From an uncultured delta proteobacterium (GTDB lineage Bacteria; Myxococcota_A; Polyangia; Haliangiales; Haliangiaceae), in NCBI GenBank assembly GCA_963848295.1, contig CAWKDB010000010.1, positions 2,560,001 to 2,624,000 of the forward strand: a stretch of 64,000 nucleotides of DNA. Reading direction: 5' to 3'. The translations under genes were made by a program, and so were the position numbers. A model generated the notes under the pieces. That model ran no database searches, was not told where the DNA came from, and saw only the letters and a list, made by a program, of their open reading frames with translations. Positions 10,063-21,008 of the stretch are shown piece after piece; the stretch's first letter is position 1; every line of letters begins with the position of its first letter.

Positions 10063-11187
10063 ATGCGCTCGATCCTCGTCGTCTCGCTCGTTTGTGCGTT
10101 CCCGGCGTGGGCAGAGCCGAATCAGCAAGCGACCGACCTGCTCCGCAAAGGCCGGGCAGCCGAAGCCAAGGGGAAGCACGCCGACGCCGCGGCCGCACTC
10201 GAAGCCGCGGCGAAGCTCACACCCGAGGATCCGGCCGTGCTCGCCGAGCTCGGCTGGGTCGATTTCGAGCTCCACGATCTGACCGCGGCCGAGATGAACA
10301 CGCGCGGTGCGGTCGGGCGGCTGCCGCTCGTCACGGATGACCTGTTTCGCAACGACAAGACGAACGCGCTGCGCGGCGCCGCGCTCTACAACCTCGGCCA
10401 GATCCTCGAGGCCCGCGCGAACAAGGAGGGCGCGATCGTGGCCTACTCCGACTCGCTGAAGGCGCGAACGAACCCGGTGGTGTCGGCTCGGTTGCGCAAG
10501 CTCGATCCCGCCGCGGCCGATGCAGCCGATCCGCTCCGACCCACGGCCATGCAGGGTCCGTTCGCGTCGGTCGGCGAGTTCTGCAAGAAGGTAGCGGCAC
10601 CCGGTAGCTCGATCGGCGGCGACGACGCCGACTGCCGATGCGGTGAGGCGCTCGCGAACGAGGGCGCGAAGAAGCTGTCCCGCGGGTTCGATGACATCGC
10701 GGTGTTCCCGCGTCACGGTTGTGCCGACGGCGTCGATCAAGAGCTCGACGTCGCGGTCAAGCACGGCCGCAGTTGGTACGTCACGGCGGTCGGCACCGGC
10801 ACCGTGAACGACGGGAGCGGACACTGCGGTCAAGCGGAGTGGCACTTCGCCGGGGTCACGTTTCAGCCACTCGCGAGCGGCGGCGCGATCGCTCGGGTCG
10901 AGTACGCGACGTCGGGGTCGTGCAGCCACCTCGCCAACGAATGGGGCTGGGACAACCGCTCGGTCGTCGCGATCGGCATCGGCCCGTCGGACAAACCGTC
11001 CGCGACGCCGGACATCGCGGAGAAGCTCGTCGACACCGACGGCGGGACCACGACTCGCAAGCCCCAGGTCAACGACACGCTCGCGTGGTCCAAGGACGGA
11101 TCGCTCGTGATCACCGGGACGTTCGCGAACACCGGACTCGCGCTCGGCGGCGACCTGCGCGGCGCGCATCACCTCGTGTTTCCCTAA
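10063..11187 (+). CDS. Secreted TPR-containing protein
   Basis: Signal peptide ending AWA; TPR motifs (VLAELGWVDF, ALYNLGQILE); Cys-containing C-terminal domain. Confidence 0.75.
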   Translation: MRSILVVSLVCAFPAWAEPNQQATDLLRKGRAAEAKGKHADAAAALEAAAKLTPEDPAVLAELGWVDFELHDLTAAEMNTRGAVGRLPLVTDDLFRNDKTNALRGAALYNLGQILEARANKEGAIVAYSDSLKARTNPVVSARLRKLDPAAADAADPLRPTAMQGPFASVGEFCKKVAAPGSSIGGDDADCRCGEALANEGAKKLSRGFDDIAVFPRHGCADGVDQELDVAVKHGRSWYVTAVGTGTVNDGSGHCGQAEWHFAGVTFQPLASGGAIARVEYATSGSCSHLANEWGWDNRSVVAIGIGPSDKPSATPDIAEKLVDTDGGTTTRKPQVNDTLAWSKDGSLVITGTFANTGLALGGDLRGAHHLVFP

Positions 11188-12431
11188 GGCTTGTAGATCG
11201 CGGTGCTCGGTGGCTCTTTCGCGAGCGACACGCGCGTCGCTTCGACCCGGCCGAGGAACGCGAGGAAGTTCTCGCCGAGGATCTTCTTGATCTGCTCGTC
11301 GCTGTGACCACGGCGCAACAGCTCGTCGGTCAGCTTCGGCAACATCGAGACGTCGTCGAGCCCGATCGGCGGATCGGGGATGCCGTCGAAGTCGGTCCCG
11401 ATGCCGACCGCGTCGTCGCCGGCGATCTGGATGACGTGCTCGATGTGGTCGACGACCTTCGTCCAATCGGCGCGTGGCGGCGGCCCGAGCTTGTCCATCA
11501 GCGCGCGAAACTCTTTGAACAGCTTTGCCGGGTCCTTCGCATACTTCTTCTTGAGCACGAGATAGGCGGGCTTGACCTTCGCGAGCCGGGCTTGGAATTC
11601 GTCCCACACCTTCTGATCGACGAACGTCGATGCGACGTTGATCATGATGACCCCGCCCTTGGCGGCGATCCGCTTGATCTGATCGTCGGTGAGGTTGCGC
11701 GGCATGTTTGTCAACGCGCGACACGACGAGTGCGATGCGAGCACCGGCGCGCGAGAGACCTCGAGCACCGCATCGACGGTCGCATCCGACGTGTGCGAGA
11801 TGTCCACGATCATCCCGAGCCGATTCATCTCCTTGACGACCTCGCGGCCGAACTCGGTGAGGCCTTTGTGCTCGACGTACGACTTCGGATCGAAGTCGGG
11901 CAACATGTAGAACCCCGACGAATCGGCCCAGTGGTTCGTGTTGACGTGGGTGAGCGTCATGTAGCGGACGCCGGCGCGATACATCTCGCGCAGGACTCCG
12001 AGCGAGTCCTCGATCGCGTGGCCACCCTCGATCCCCATCAATACGGCGATCTTGCCGGCCTTCTTCGCCGCGCGAATGTCGGCGGCGGTCGTCGCGAGCA
12101 CCATGTCGTTCGGATGGGCCGCGACGACTCGACGCGTGAGGTCGATGAGCTCGAGCGCTCGCCGAGCGGCCCCGTGATTCGCGAACGTCGGCGAGACGAA
12201 GATCGCAAAGAACGCCGCGGTCAGCCCGCCTTCTTTCGCGCGCGGCAAGTCGAAGTGAGGAGTCGCGCCACGAGTCGCCACGTCGGCCCATTTATCGGAC
12301 AGCGCATCGGGAACGTCCTCGTGGGTGTCGATGACGATTGCCGCCTGATGCAGCTTCTTTGCGCGCGCTGCCAGATCGTCCGCACGAGCGGTGGCGGCGA
12401 GACAGGCGACCAGGCACGCGATTCGGAGCAT
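11184..12431 (-). CDS. Membrane dipeptidase (peptidase M19)
   Basis: DTHED, GIEGG, VDISH, SHS and GTDFDG motifs; signal peptide. Confidence 0.92.
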   Translation of the reverse strand: MLRIACLVACLAATARADDLAARAKKLHQAAIVIDTHEDVPDALSDKWADVATRGATPHFDLPRAKEGGLTAAFFAIFVSPTFANHGAARRALELIDLTRRVVAAHPNDMVLATTAADIRAAKKAGKIAVLMGIEGGHAIEDSLGVLREMYRAGVRYMTLTHVNTNHWADSSGFYMLPDFDPKSYVEHKGLTEFGREVVKEMNRLGMIVDISHTSDATVDAVLEVSRAPVLASHSSCRALTNMPRNLTDDQIKRIAAKGGVIMINVASTFVDQKVWDEFQARLAKVKPAYLVLKKKYAKDPAKLFKEFRALMDKLGPPPRADWTKVVDHIEHVIQIAGDDAVGIGTDFDGIPDPPIGLDDVSMLPKLTDELLRRGHSDEQIKKILGENFLAFLGRVEATRVSLAKEPPSTAIYKP

Positions 12432-12509
12432 CGGCCGGGAGCCTACCAGGCATGACCGAGCTCTGCCGTTGCTCCGGGGCGTACGGATGGTGCATGGTCG
12501 CGGACCGTC

Positions 12510-12785
12510 ATGACCAAGATCGCGATCGCATTCACCTTCGCCCTCACGTTCGGCTGTACGACGAAGCTCCCCGCCGGCGCAGAATGCACCGAGTCGTCGG
12601 CGTGCGAATCCGGGCTGAGCTGCCTCGATGTCGCGCAGGTCACCGGGACGTCGTGCACGGTCGTCGGCATGGCGTGCTCGATGGTGTGCGCCGGCGACGG
12701 CGATTGCGCATCACTCGGCTCCAACTTCAAGTGCTTCGCCGGCTGTGGCTCCGATATGACCTGCGGTGAGGTCGGCACGCCCTGA
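12510..12785 (+). CDS. Small Cys-rich lipoprotein
   Basis: Lipobox TFGC followed by many cysteines in a 91-aa protein. Confidence 0.65.
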   Translation: MTKIAIAFTFALTFGCTTKLPAGAECTESSACESGLSCLDVAQVTGTSCTVVGMACSMVCAGDGDCASLGSNFKCFAGCGSDMTCGEVGTP

Positions 12786-12877
12786 CTCGAGCGTCACAAC
12801 CGCCCTGCGACATGCGAACATGTCCGGGTGCGGTGCCCTCCGTTGTTCGCGACGTGGGTGGGCTGCTACCCCTCGCC

Positions 12878-14365
12878 GTGACGACCGACGCGACGCCACC
12901 GACGCACCACGACCGCATCGTCGGGTGGATCAAGAACGGCCTGATGGTCGCGATGTTCGGGGTGATGTTCTTCGCGATCGATCGGTTGCTGCGCGCGTAC
13001 AGCTACGCCGAGATCGTCGCCGCACTGACGCGGATCTCGCCCGCGTTGATCGTCACCGCGATCGGAGTGCTCGTCGTCCAGCACGGCTGCCTCGTCATCC
13101 GCGAGTGGCTCGCGGTCGGCTACGCCGGCAAGTCCGACGTCGGGCTCGGCCGGATCGCCATGGCGTCGATCGTGACGCGGTCGCTCGGCTCGCTCGGGTT
13201 CGCGTCGATCACCGGCGTCGGCTTGCGGCTGCACATCTATTCTGGCTGGGGCCTGACGTCGAGTGATGTCGCGGAGATCTCGATCTACGACAGCACGGTC
13301 TTCCTCGTCGGCATCGCGTCGCAGTTCGCGCTGACGTTCACGGTGCTGCCGGTTCCCGTGATGCTCGAGCATTCGCTCGGAGTCGCCGGCGTCCGGTTGA
13401 TCGGAGGGCTCGCCGTAGTGCTCCTCGGCGCTTACCTGTTGTGGACGCGGCGCGGCCACGAGCTGCACATCCGCAAGTTCGTGATCCCGGTCCCGAACGC
13501 CAAGCAGCTCGCGGGCCAGATCTTGCTGCCGATCGCCGATCTCGCGCTGACCGCGTTGATCGTCGAGCTCTGCCTGCCCGGCGGACTGGCCCTGACCTAC
13601 TTCGACGTGATGGTCGCTTGCGTCGTCGCGAGCATCGCGAGCTCGATCACCCAGGTTCCGGCGGGCATCGGCGTGCTCGAAGCCACGATGCTGTTGTTCA
13701 TCGACAAGCCCGATGTCGCGCCGTCGGTGATCGCCGGACTCTTCGTGTGGCGCCTGATCACGAATCTGCTGCCGATCGCGGTCGGCGCGGTCTTGCTCGT
13801 GATGATGGAGGTGCGGCGCCGGCCGTCGGTGGCGCGCCCGCCGTTCCATGCCGAGGCGACGGCGACGATGCTCGCCGCGCTGATGTTCCTCGCCGGTGCA
13901 GTCGTGATGATCGTGTCGGCGTCGCCGCTGGGCGACCGGCTCGGAAACCTCGGCCAGGTGCTCGCCGTCGCCGCCGGCAGCGGCATGCTGTTCGTCGCGC
14001 GTGGCTTGCAGCGCCGAACACGGATGTCGTGGTGGATCGCGCTCGGCTTGCTCGTGATGCGCGTGGCGATCGGGCTCGCGATCCAGCCGGCGCTCTACGT
14101 GATCATCGTGCTCGTCGTGGTCGGCGCGCTGCTCGTGCTGAGCCGTTCGGTGTTCACCGCCGATACGCACTTCCTCGATGCGTCGCCGCGCTGGTGGATC
14201 GCCTCGGCGACCGTGCTGGTCGCGACGATCTGGATCGCGTTCGTGGCGAGTGGCCGCGTGATCACGGCCGGCATCGATGCGGACGTCCTCGCGATCGTCG
14301 GTGTCGCGGTGCTCGCGACTGCTAGCGCGGTGACCAGCTTCGTTCGTCGTCGGCGCAAGCGCTAA
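12878..14365 (+). CDS. MprF-type lysylphosphatidylglycerol flippase-like membrane protein (no synthase domain)
   Basis: GLRLHIYSGWG and VPAGIGVLEA motifs of the LPG synthase TM family; polytopic; ends without a cytosolic GNAT domain. Confidence 0.75.
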   Translation: MTTDATPPTHHDRIVGWIKNGLMVAMFGVMFFAIDRLLRAYSYAEIVAALTRISPALIVTAIGVLVVQHGCLVIREWLAVGYAGKSDVGLGRIAMASIVTRSLGSLGFASITGVGLRLHIYSGWGLTSSDVAEISIYDSTVFLVGIASQFALTFTVLPVPVMLEHSLGVAGVRLIGGLAVVLLGAYLLWTRRGHELHIRKFVIPVPNAKQLAGQILLPIADLALTALIVELCLPGGLALTYFDVMVACVVASIASSITQVPAGIGVLEATMLLFIDKPDVAPSVIAGLFVWRLITNLLPIAVGAVLLVMMEVRRRPSVARPPFHAEATATMLAALMFLAGAVVMIVSASPLGDRLGNLGQVLAVAAGSGMLFVARGLQRRTRMSWWIALGLLVMRVAIGLAIQPALYVIIVLVVVGALLVLSRSVFTADTHFLDASPRWWIASATVLVATIWIAFVASGRVITAGIDADVLAIVGVAVLATASAVTSFVRRRRKR

Positions 14366-16470
14366 TCGCGGGAGCCATGCGGCGCCGGGTAGAGCTCGAG
14401 CCCGAGATACTTCGCGAAGAACGCGATCAGCTCGGTGTCCTGCTCGAGCTCTTGCGACTTCAGGCCGCCGCCGCCGTGCCCGGACTCGGTCTCGACCCGC
14501 ATCAAGATCGGCGCGGGTCCGGCCTGGGCCGCTTGCAGCGCCGCGCCGAACTTGTACGAGTGCAGCGGCGCGACGCGGACATCGTGGTCGGAGGTCACGA
14601 CGAACATCGCGGGATAGTAGGTACCCGCGCGGACGTTGTGCAGCGGCGAAATCTTGCGGAGGTATGCCGCTTCGGCCGGAACATCGGGGTGACCGAGGTC
14701 GGCTTGCCAGCCCGCGCCTTGACCGAACAGATGGAACCGCAACAGGTCGAGCACGCCAGCGATCGGCGCGACCGCACCGAACAGATCCGGCCGCTGGACG
14801 ACGACCGCGCCGACGAGCAGTCCGCCGCCCGACGCACCGTACGCCCCGAGGTGAGCCGCCGAGGTCCAGTGATGCGCGATCAGCCATTCCGCCGCCGCGA
14901 CGAAGTCGTCGATCTTGACCTGCTCGTGCTCGCGCCATGCGGCGTGATGCCAGGCGTCGCCGTATTCGCCGCCACCGCGCACGTTCACGGTGACCGCGAC
15001 GCCGCCACTCTCGAGCCACGCGATGACCTCGGGATCGAACGCAGGCGTCAGCGACACGCCGCCGAAGCCATAGCCGGTCATGATCGTCGAGTGCGTGCCG
15101 TCGAGCACGATGCCGCGCTTCGCGGTGATGAACATGGGCACCTTCGTGCCGTCGACGCTCTCGAAGAACACCTGCTGGGTCTCGAACGCCGATTCGTCGA
15201 GGCCCGGCGGCATGCGGCGCCAAGGCGTGCTCTTGCCGGTCGCGAGGTCGAGGTCGTAGGTCGCGCCGCGCGTCGTGAAGCTCGTGTAGTAGTAGAACGC
15301 GTCGCGATCGCCGGGACCGCCGGTCAGCGCGTAGACCGCCCCGAGCCCGGGCAGTGCGATGTCGTGCAGCTTGGCGCCGTTCGGATCGTACGCGGTGAGC
15401 GCCGAGTGGGCGTCGCGGAGCTCGACCACCACGAGCTCGCCGCCGACGAGCTCGGCGGAAGCGATCGCGCGCTTGCCCTCGGGCACGATGTCGCGCCACG
15501 TCCCGGGGGTTGCAACGTCGATGGCCGTGATCTTCTTGTTCGGTGCGTGGTCGTTGGTCTCGAAGTAGAGCTGCGAGCCGACATTGCCGACGAACACATA
15601 CTCCGCGGTGTAAGCGGGGACGAGCGGCACGATCGCGGCACCGGGCGCGCCGAGATCTTGAACCGCGACTTGCTCGAGGCTGCTGTCGCCGACCTCGCCG
15701 TCGCCGATCTCGATCACGAGGTACTTGCCGTCGAGCGTGACGTGGGGCTCGAACTGCCAGGTCGGCTGATCCGGACGCTCGTAGACCACGCGGTCGTCGG
15801 TCACCGGCGTCCCGAGCTCGTGCAAGTACAGCTTGCAGTCGTGGTCTGGCTCGGTGAGCTCCTTGCCCTTCGCCGGCTCCGGGAACCGGCTGTAGTAGAT
15901 GCCGGTGTGGTCGGCGGTGAACGCCGGCGAATAGTACTTGATGTTCGCGAGCTCGTCGGGGAGATCCTTGCCGGTCGCGACATCGCGCACGCGCCACCGC
16001 GTCCAGTCGCCGCCGCCCGATGACAAGCCGTACGCGATCAACGCGCCGTCTTGGCTCGGGATCCACCCGGCGAGCTGCAAGCTGCCATCTCGCGCGAACT
16101 CGCTCGGATCGAGCAACGTCTTCGCGGTGCCGTCGCTGCTCGCCGCGACCTGGATCGTCGGCTGATCGGCGTTGGCCTCGCGCCGGGTCCAGAAGTAGCG
16201 GTCGCCGCGGTGCACCGGCACGAACGAGACGTCGTGGCTCAGCAGCTCGCCGAGCCGGCGGTGCAAGGCGTCCTTGCCGGGGACGTCCGCGAGCGCCGCC
16301 GTGGTCAGCTTGTTCTCGGCGGCGACCCACGCCTGGGTCTGGGGCGATGCCATGTCCTCGAGCCAGCGATAGGGATCGTCGACGAGCTTGCCGCGCGGTG
16401 CCGGCGGAAACGCCGGGTGACTGACGGTGGCCGAGCAACCGATGAGGATGGCGAACCAGGCCGCGCGCAT
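14362..16470 (-). CDS. Prolyl oligopeptidase (S9A)
   Basis: DPYRWLED, YGFGG, NVRGGGEYG, GASGGG, DVRV and GHG motifs; lipoprotein-like signal. Confidence 0.93.
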   Translation of the reverse strand: MRAAWFAILIGCSATVSHPAFPPAPRGKLVDDPYRWLEDMASPQTQAWVAAENKLTTAALADVPGKDALHRRLGELLSHDVSFVPVHRGDRYFWTRREANADQPTIQVAASSDGTAKTLLDPSEFARDGSLQLAGWIPSQDGALIAYGLSSGGGDWTRWRVRDVATGKDLPDELANIKYYSPAFTADHTGIYYSRFPEPAKGKELTEPDHDCKLYLHELGTPVTDDRVVYERPDQPTWQFEPHVTLDGKYLVIEIGDGEVGDSSLEQVAVQDLGAPGAAIVPLVPAYTAEYVFVGNVGSQLYFETNDHAPNKKITAIDVATPGTWRDIVPEGKRAIASAELVGGELVVVELRDAHSALTAYDPNGAKLHDIALPGLGAVYALTGGPGDRDAFYYYTSFTTRGATYDLDLATGKSTPWRRMPPGLDESAFETQQVFFESVDGTKVPMFITAKRGIVLDGTHSTIMTGYGFGGVSLTPAFDPEVIAWLESGGVAVTVNVRGGGEYGDAWHHAAWREHEQVKIDDFVAAAEWLIAHHWTSAAHLGAYGASGGGLLVGAVVVQRPDLFGAVAPIAGVLDLLRFHLFGQGAGWQADLGHPDVPAEAAYLRKISPLHNVRAGTYYPAMFVVTSDHDVRVAPLHSYKFGAALQAAQAGPAPILMRVETESGHGGGGLKSQELEQDTELIAFFAKYLGLELYPAPHGSRD

Positions 16471-16575
16471 GCGTGCACGATAACCGGGTTATCGACGCGG
16501 CCGGCGGTTGTTGCATCGCCGCGACGCGGTGTTTCGTTGGTGACGCCGAGCGCGGACCGTGCTTGCATCCGGGCC

Positions 16576-17538
16576 ATGCGACTCGCCGCCGCTCTCGCAC
16601 TCGCGACGGTGGTCACGCGCGCCACGGGTGTAGCCGCCGGGGACGCAGCCGCACCCGCGAGCGATGCCGAGCCGATCCAGCTCGCGTACTCGGCGCCCGA
16701 CGGCTGCCCCGACGACGGCGCGTTCTTCGCGCAGCTGCAGCACCGCGCGCGGGCGATCCGCGTCACCGACCCGAGCGCGCGATCGTTTCGCGTCGAGATC
16801 ACCGCGGACGGCGACGGCTTTCGCGGCCGGCTCGAGGTCAGCGCGGTCGATGGCGCTACGACGACGCGCGACGTGCACGGCGCGACCTGCGTCGAGACGG
16901 TCTCCGCCTTGGCGTTGATCAGTGCGCTCGCGCTCGACGATCGGGGCAGCGCCGCCGCAGGACGGCGCGGTTCCATCGAAGACCGCGCCGGGGTCGCTCG
17001 CGTCACGACGTCGGAAGCGCGCCAGGTTCGACCGTTGCACCTAGCGCTCGGCACCGGCGTCGAGGTCGACGGTGGCATCGCGCCCGCCGGGATCTACACG
17101 GTCGGCGCGTTCGCGGCGCTGCGCCGGACGAACGGCTGGCAGCTCCGCCTCGGCTTCGCGCGCAGTGCCCGCAGCGATGTCACGATGCCCGAGGGCGACG
17201 CGAGCTTTCGTTGGACGATCGCGACGCTCGATGCCTGCCCGCTCGCGTTCACGATCGGGCGCTGGTCGGCGGCGCCGTGCGCCGGTGTCCAAGGCGGAGT
17301 GTTGACCGCGATCGGCAGCGACGTCGGGATGGCGTCGAACGCCGACCGGCCGTGGCTGGCGCCCGATGCGACGGTGCGCCTGCGCGTCGCGATCGGCCGG
17401 TTCGCAGTCGAGCTCGCCGGCATGGTCGCCGCGCCGTTGATCCGCGATCGGTTCTATATCGCGCCCTCGACGACGGTCGATCACGTCCCGCCGGTGACCG
17501 CAGGTGCCCAACTCGCGCTGTCGGTGGATTTGCTGTGA
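16576..17538 (+). CDS. Hypothetical exported protein with C-terminal beta-barrel-like region (ECF-locus associated)
   Basis: Signal peptide; APDGCPD and TCVETVSALAL motifs; amphipathic strands; lies directly upstream of the ECF sigma gene. Confidence 0.65.
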   Translation: MRLAAALALATVVTRATGVAAGDAAAPASDAEPIQLAYSAPDGCPDDGAFFAQLQHRARAIRVTDPSARSFRVEITADGDGFRGRLEVSAVDGATTTRDVHGATCVETVSALALISALALDDRGSAAAGRRGSIEDRAGVARVTTSEARQVRPLHLALGTGVEVDGGIAPAGIYTVGAFAALRRTNGWQLRLGFARSARSDVTMPEGDASFRWTIATLDACPLAFTIGRWSAAPCAGVQGGVLTAIGSDVGMASNADRPWLAPDATVRLRVAIGRFAVELAGMVAAPLIRDRFYIAPSTTVDHVPPVTAGAQLALSVDLL

Positions 17539-17591
17539 CCGCGCGGACGGTTAGCGATTCGCGTGATCAATTCCTCGCGCCGTTGCCATTC

Positions 17592-18277
17592 ATGAACGAT
17601 GGCGAGGCCAGCGGTCACCAACGCGCGCAAGCCGTGCCCCGAACGATCTCGAGCGAGCCGATCGAACCGCACCGCTCTTCGGTGCGGCCGGCCGGGGGCG
17701 AGCTCGGTCTGGTCGAGCCCGCGGCGCCGTCGCGTCTCGCGACAGGGACCGGATCGCCGGCGAGCGTGCCAGCGACGGCGGAGCTGAGGCTACGCCACAT
17801 GTTCGACGCGAATGTCGACTTTGTATGGCGCTCGCTGCGGCGGCTCGGCGTGCCACCGCTCACCGTCGACGACGCGGTCCAGGAAGTGTTCATCGTCGCG
17901 AATCGGCGAATCGCGGACATCGAGCTCGGACGCGAGCGGTCGTTCCTGTTCGCGACCGCGCTGCGCATCGCGTCGGAGCAGCGGCGGCGGGTTCGCCACC
18001 GCGAGCTCGTCGACGAGGTGGCGATCGCCGACGCCGCCGACGCGGCGCCGACACCCGACGAGGTCGCGGATCAGCAGCGCCGACGACAAGTGCTCGATCG
18101 CGTGCTCGCGAGCCTCGAGCTGGACGTGCGGGCGGTGTTCGTGCTCTACGAGCTAGAAGAAATGACGATGGCCGATATCGCCGTGACCCTCGATCTGCCG
18201 CCCGGGACGGTCGCCTCGCGACTGCGCCGCGGTCGCGACGAGTTTCAGGCGGCGGTCGCCCGGCTGCGGAGGGCGCC

Positions 18278-18281
<4 letters not shown>
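17592..18281 (+). CDS. ECF RNA polymerase sigma factor
   Basis: FVWRSLRRLGV..DDAVQEVF (region 2) and RAVFVLYELEEMTMADIA..PGTVASRLRRGR (region 4). True start may be further downstream. Confidence 0.9.
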
Positions 18282-19245
<964 letters not shown>

Positions 19246-19249
<4 letters not shown>

Positions 19250-19809
19250 TCCGGATCGTCGCGGCGCTCGTGTGCGGCGCAGTCGCGTGCGGCAACGACA
19301 TTCGCCTCGGCACCGCGATCGATGCGGCGACGATCGATGTCCCGATCGATGGCAACGGCAATCCGTTCGCCGCGGGCTCTTACGCGGTCCAGTTCCTCGA
19401 TCCAGCGGTCGCCGACTGTACCGGTACGCTCGCCGGCAGCGAGAACGACTTCATGGGGCTGACCGCCGCGAGTGTCGGATACATCGGTGGCACCGTGATG
19501 CTCGCCACACCGACCGCGACGACCTTGGTAGTCACCGGCGCGCCGATCACCTCCGGCTGGGGCGAGACCGAGCTCGATCTGCTCGCGAACCAACCGGGCG
19601 CACCAATGGGCTTCTGGATCTCGCAGACCACCGCGATCGCGACCGCCGGGCCCGACAGCACCACGCGAGCCGTGAATCTGCTCGCCGCCGACAGCACGAC
19701 CGCGAGCTCGGCGAGCGGAATTCAGGGCGAGGCGGGCGCGGCCTATACGACCGCCGACACCAGCGGCACGTGCAGCGTGACGTTCGGCGCACTGCTGACC
19801 GAACAATAA
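19246..19809 (+). CDS. Lipoprotein, uncharacterised beta-rich domain
   Basis: Lipobox AVAC; homologous to the C-terminal domain of the next gene. Confidence 0.75.
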
Positions 19810-19877
19810 TTCGCGTCGCGTCGATTTGCTGATCAGACCGCGCGGCTCACCGCCATCTCTCGGCAAGCAAAGAGGAG

Positions 19878-21008
19878 ATGGCAATGAAGATTCAAATGAC
19901 GGCGTTGGCGATCACCCTCGCCGCAGCGTGCACCAGCGACACGACAAAAGATCCGGGCAACCAGACCGTGACGTTGCCGCCAGGAGGTGGCATTCCGACG
20001 ATCCATCGCGCGCCGCAAGGCATGGGCAGCGCTCCGCAGCTGTTCGACGGCGGCGGCTCGTTCACGTTCACCGGTCCGACCGCACCCGGCAACGCGACGT
20101 ACACCAACGCGCCGGTCGCCGATACGAGTCAGATGATGAGCCCCGCGACCGGGACCGGCTCGGTCGACGTCACGATCAGCGGCACCGAGTACGCCTCGAC
20201 CGCGCTCGAGACCATCGGGTTCGTGATGGCCGATGACTCGGGCACGAACTACGCGGTCGTCGACGGCGCCTATCCGTACGCCGGCCCGGGTGGCACCGAG
20301 CTCATGACCGAGGTCACCGTGATCGTGCTCGCGTCCGACTTCGCGATCGGTGTGCCGATCGCACTCGATGGCGTCGATCGCGTGGCGCTGTTCGCGAACG
20401 GCGACCCCGACGCGGAACAGCCGACGGTCGAGGGCGCGGCGATCTCTGGAACGGTGACGTTCACCGCCGGATCACTCGCGACCGGCAGCCAGCTGTCGGC
20501 GACGATCACCGGCGACTTCGGGCCGATCGACTTCACAGGCGGTGGTGGCGGTGGCGGCGGCTCCGACTCGAGCTCGATCACGCCGGGCAACTACACGCTC
20601 GCGGTCACCGGCCCGTCGCAGGTCTACTGCGAAGGCGCGCTCGTCGGTCACGAAGCCGATTTCGCCGGGATCACGCAGGCGAGCCTCGGCCTGGTCGGCG
20701 GCTCGGTCGCGGTCGCGACGCCGTCGCTCGATGCGGTCACGGTCGCCGGCGGGGCGATCTCGTCGTCGTTCGGAGCGCCGTCGCTGGAGCTCGATGACAA
20801 CGTCGGCCAGCCCGGACTGTTCGCTGGCTTCACGAACACGACCGGCGCGGGCCCGGATGGCACGTCGTTCGTCGGCGAATACCTCGTGATCGATGCTTCG
20901 ACCGCGACCTCGAGCTTCATCAACGGCGGCGTCGGGGCCGGCTACGTCGCAGCCGACGGATCGAGTGACTGTACGGTCGCGTTCGGAGCGAGCCTGACGA
21001 ACCCTTAA
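19878..21008 (+). CDS. Two-domain lipoprotein
   Basis: SD GAGGAG; lipobox AAAC; Gly linker; C-terminal domain paralogous to 19246-19809. Confidence 0.78.
   Translation: MAMKIQMTALAITLAAACTSDTTKDPGNQTVTLPPGGGIPTIHRAPQGMGSAPQLFDGGGSFTFTGPTAPGNATYTNAPVADTSQMMSPATGTGSVDVTISGTEYASTALETIGFVMADDSGTNYAVVDGAYPYAGPGGTELMTEVTVIVLASDFAIGVPIALDGVDRVALFANGDPDAEQPTVEGAAISGTVTFTAGSLATGSQLSATITGDFGPIDFTGGGGGGGGSDSSSITPGNYTLAVTGPSQVYCEGALVGHEADFAGITQASLGLVGGSVAVATPSLDAVTVAGGAISSSFGAPSLELDDNVGQPGLFAGFTNTTGAGPDGTSFVGEYLVIDASTATSSFINGGVGAGYVAADGSSDCTVAFGASLTNP

Noticed and set aside
12866..16600. 1244-aa minus-strand ORF and many other long Arg/Ala-rich ORFs in the track
   Set aside because: Shadow frames of real genes in high-GC DNA; no motifs, and they overlap well-supported CDSs.
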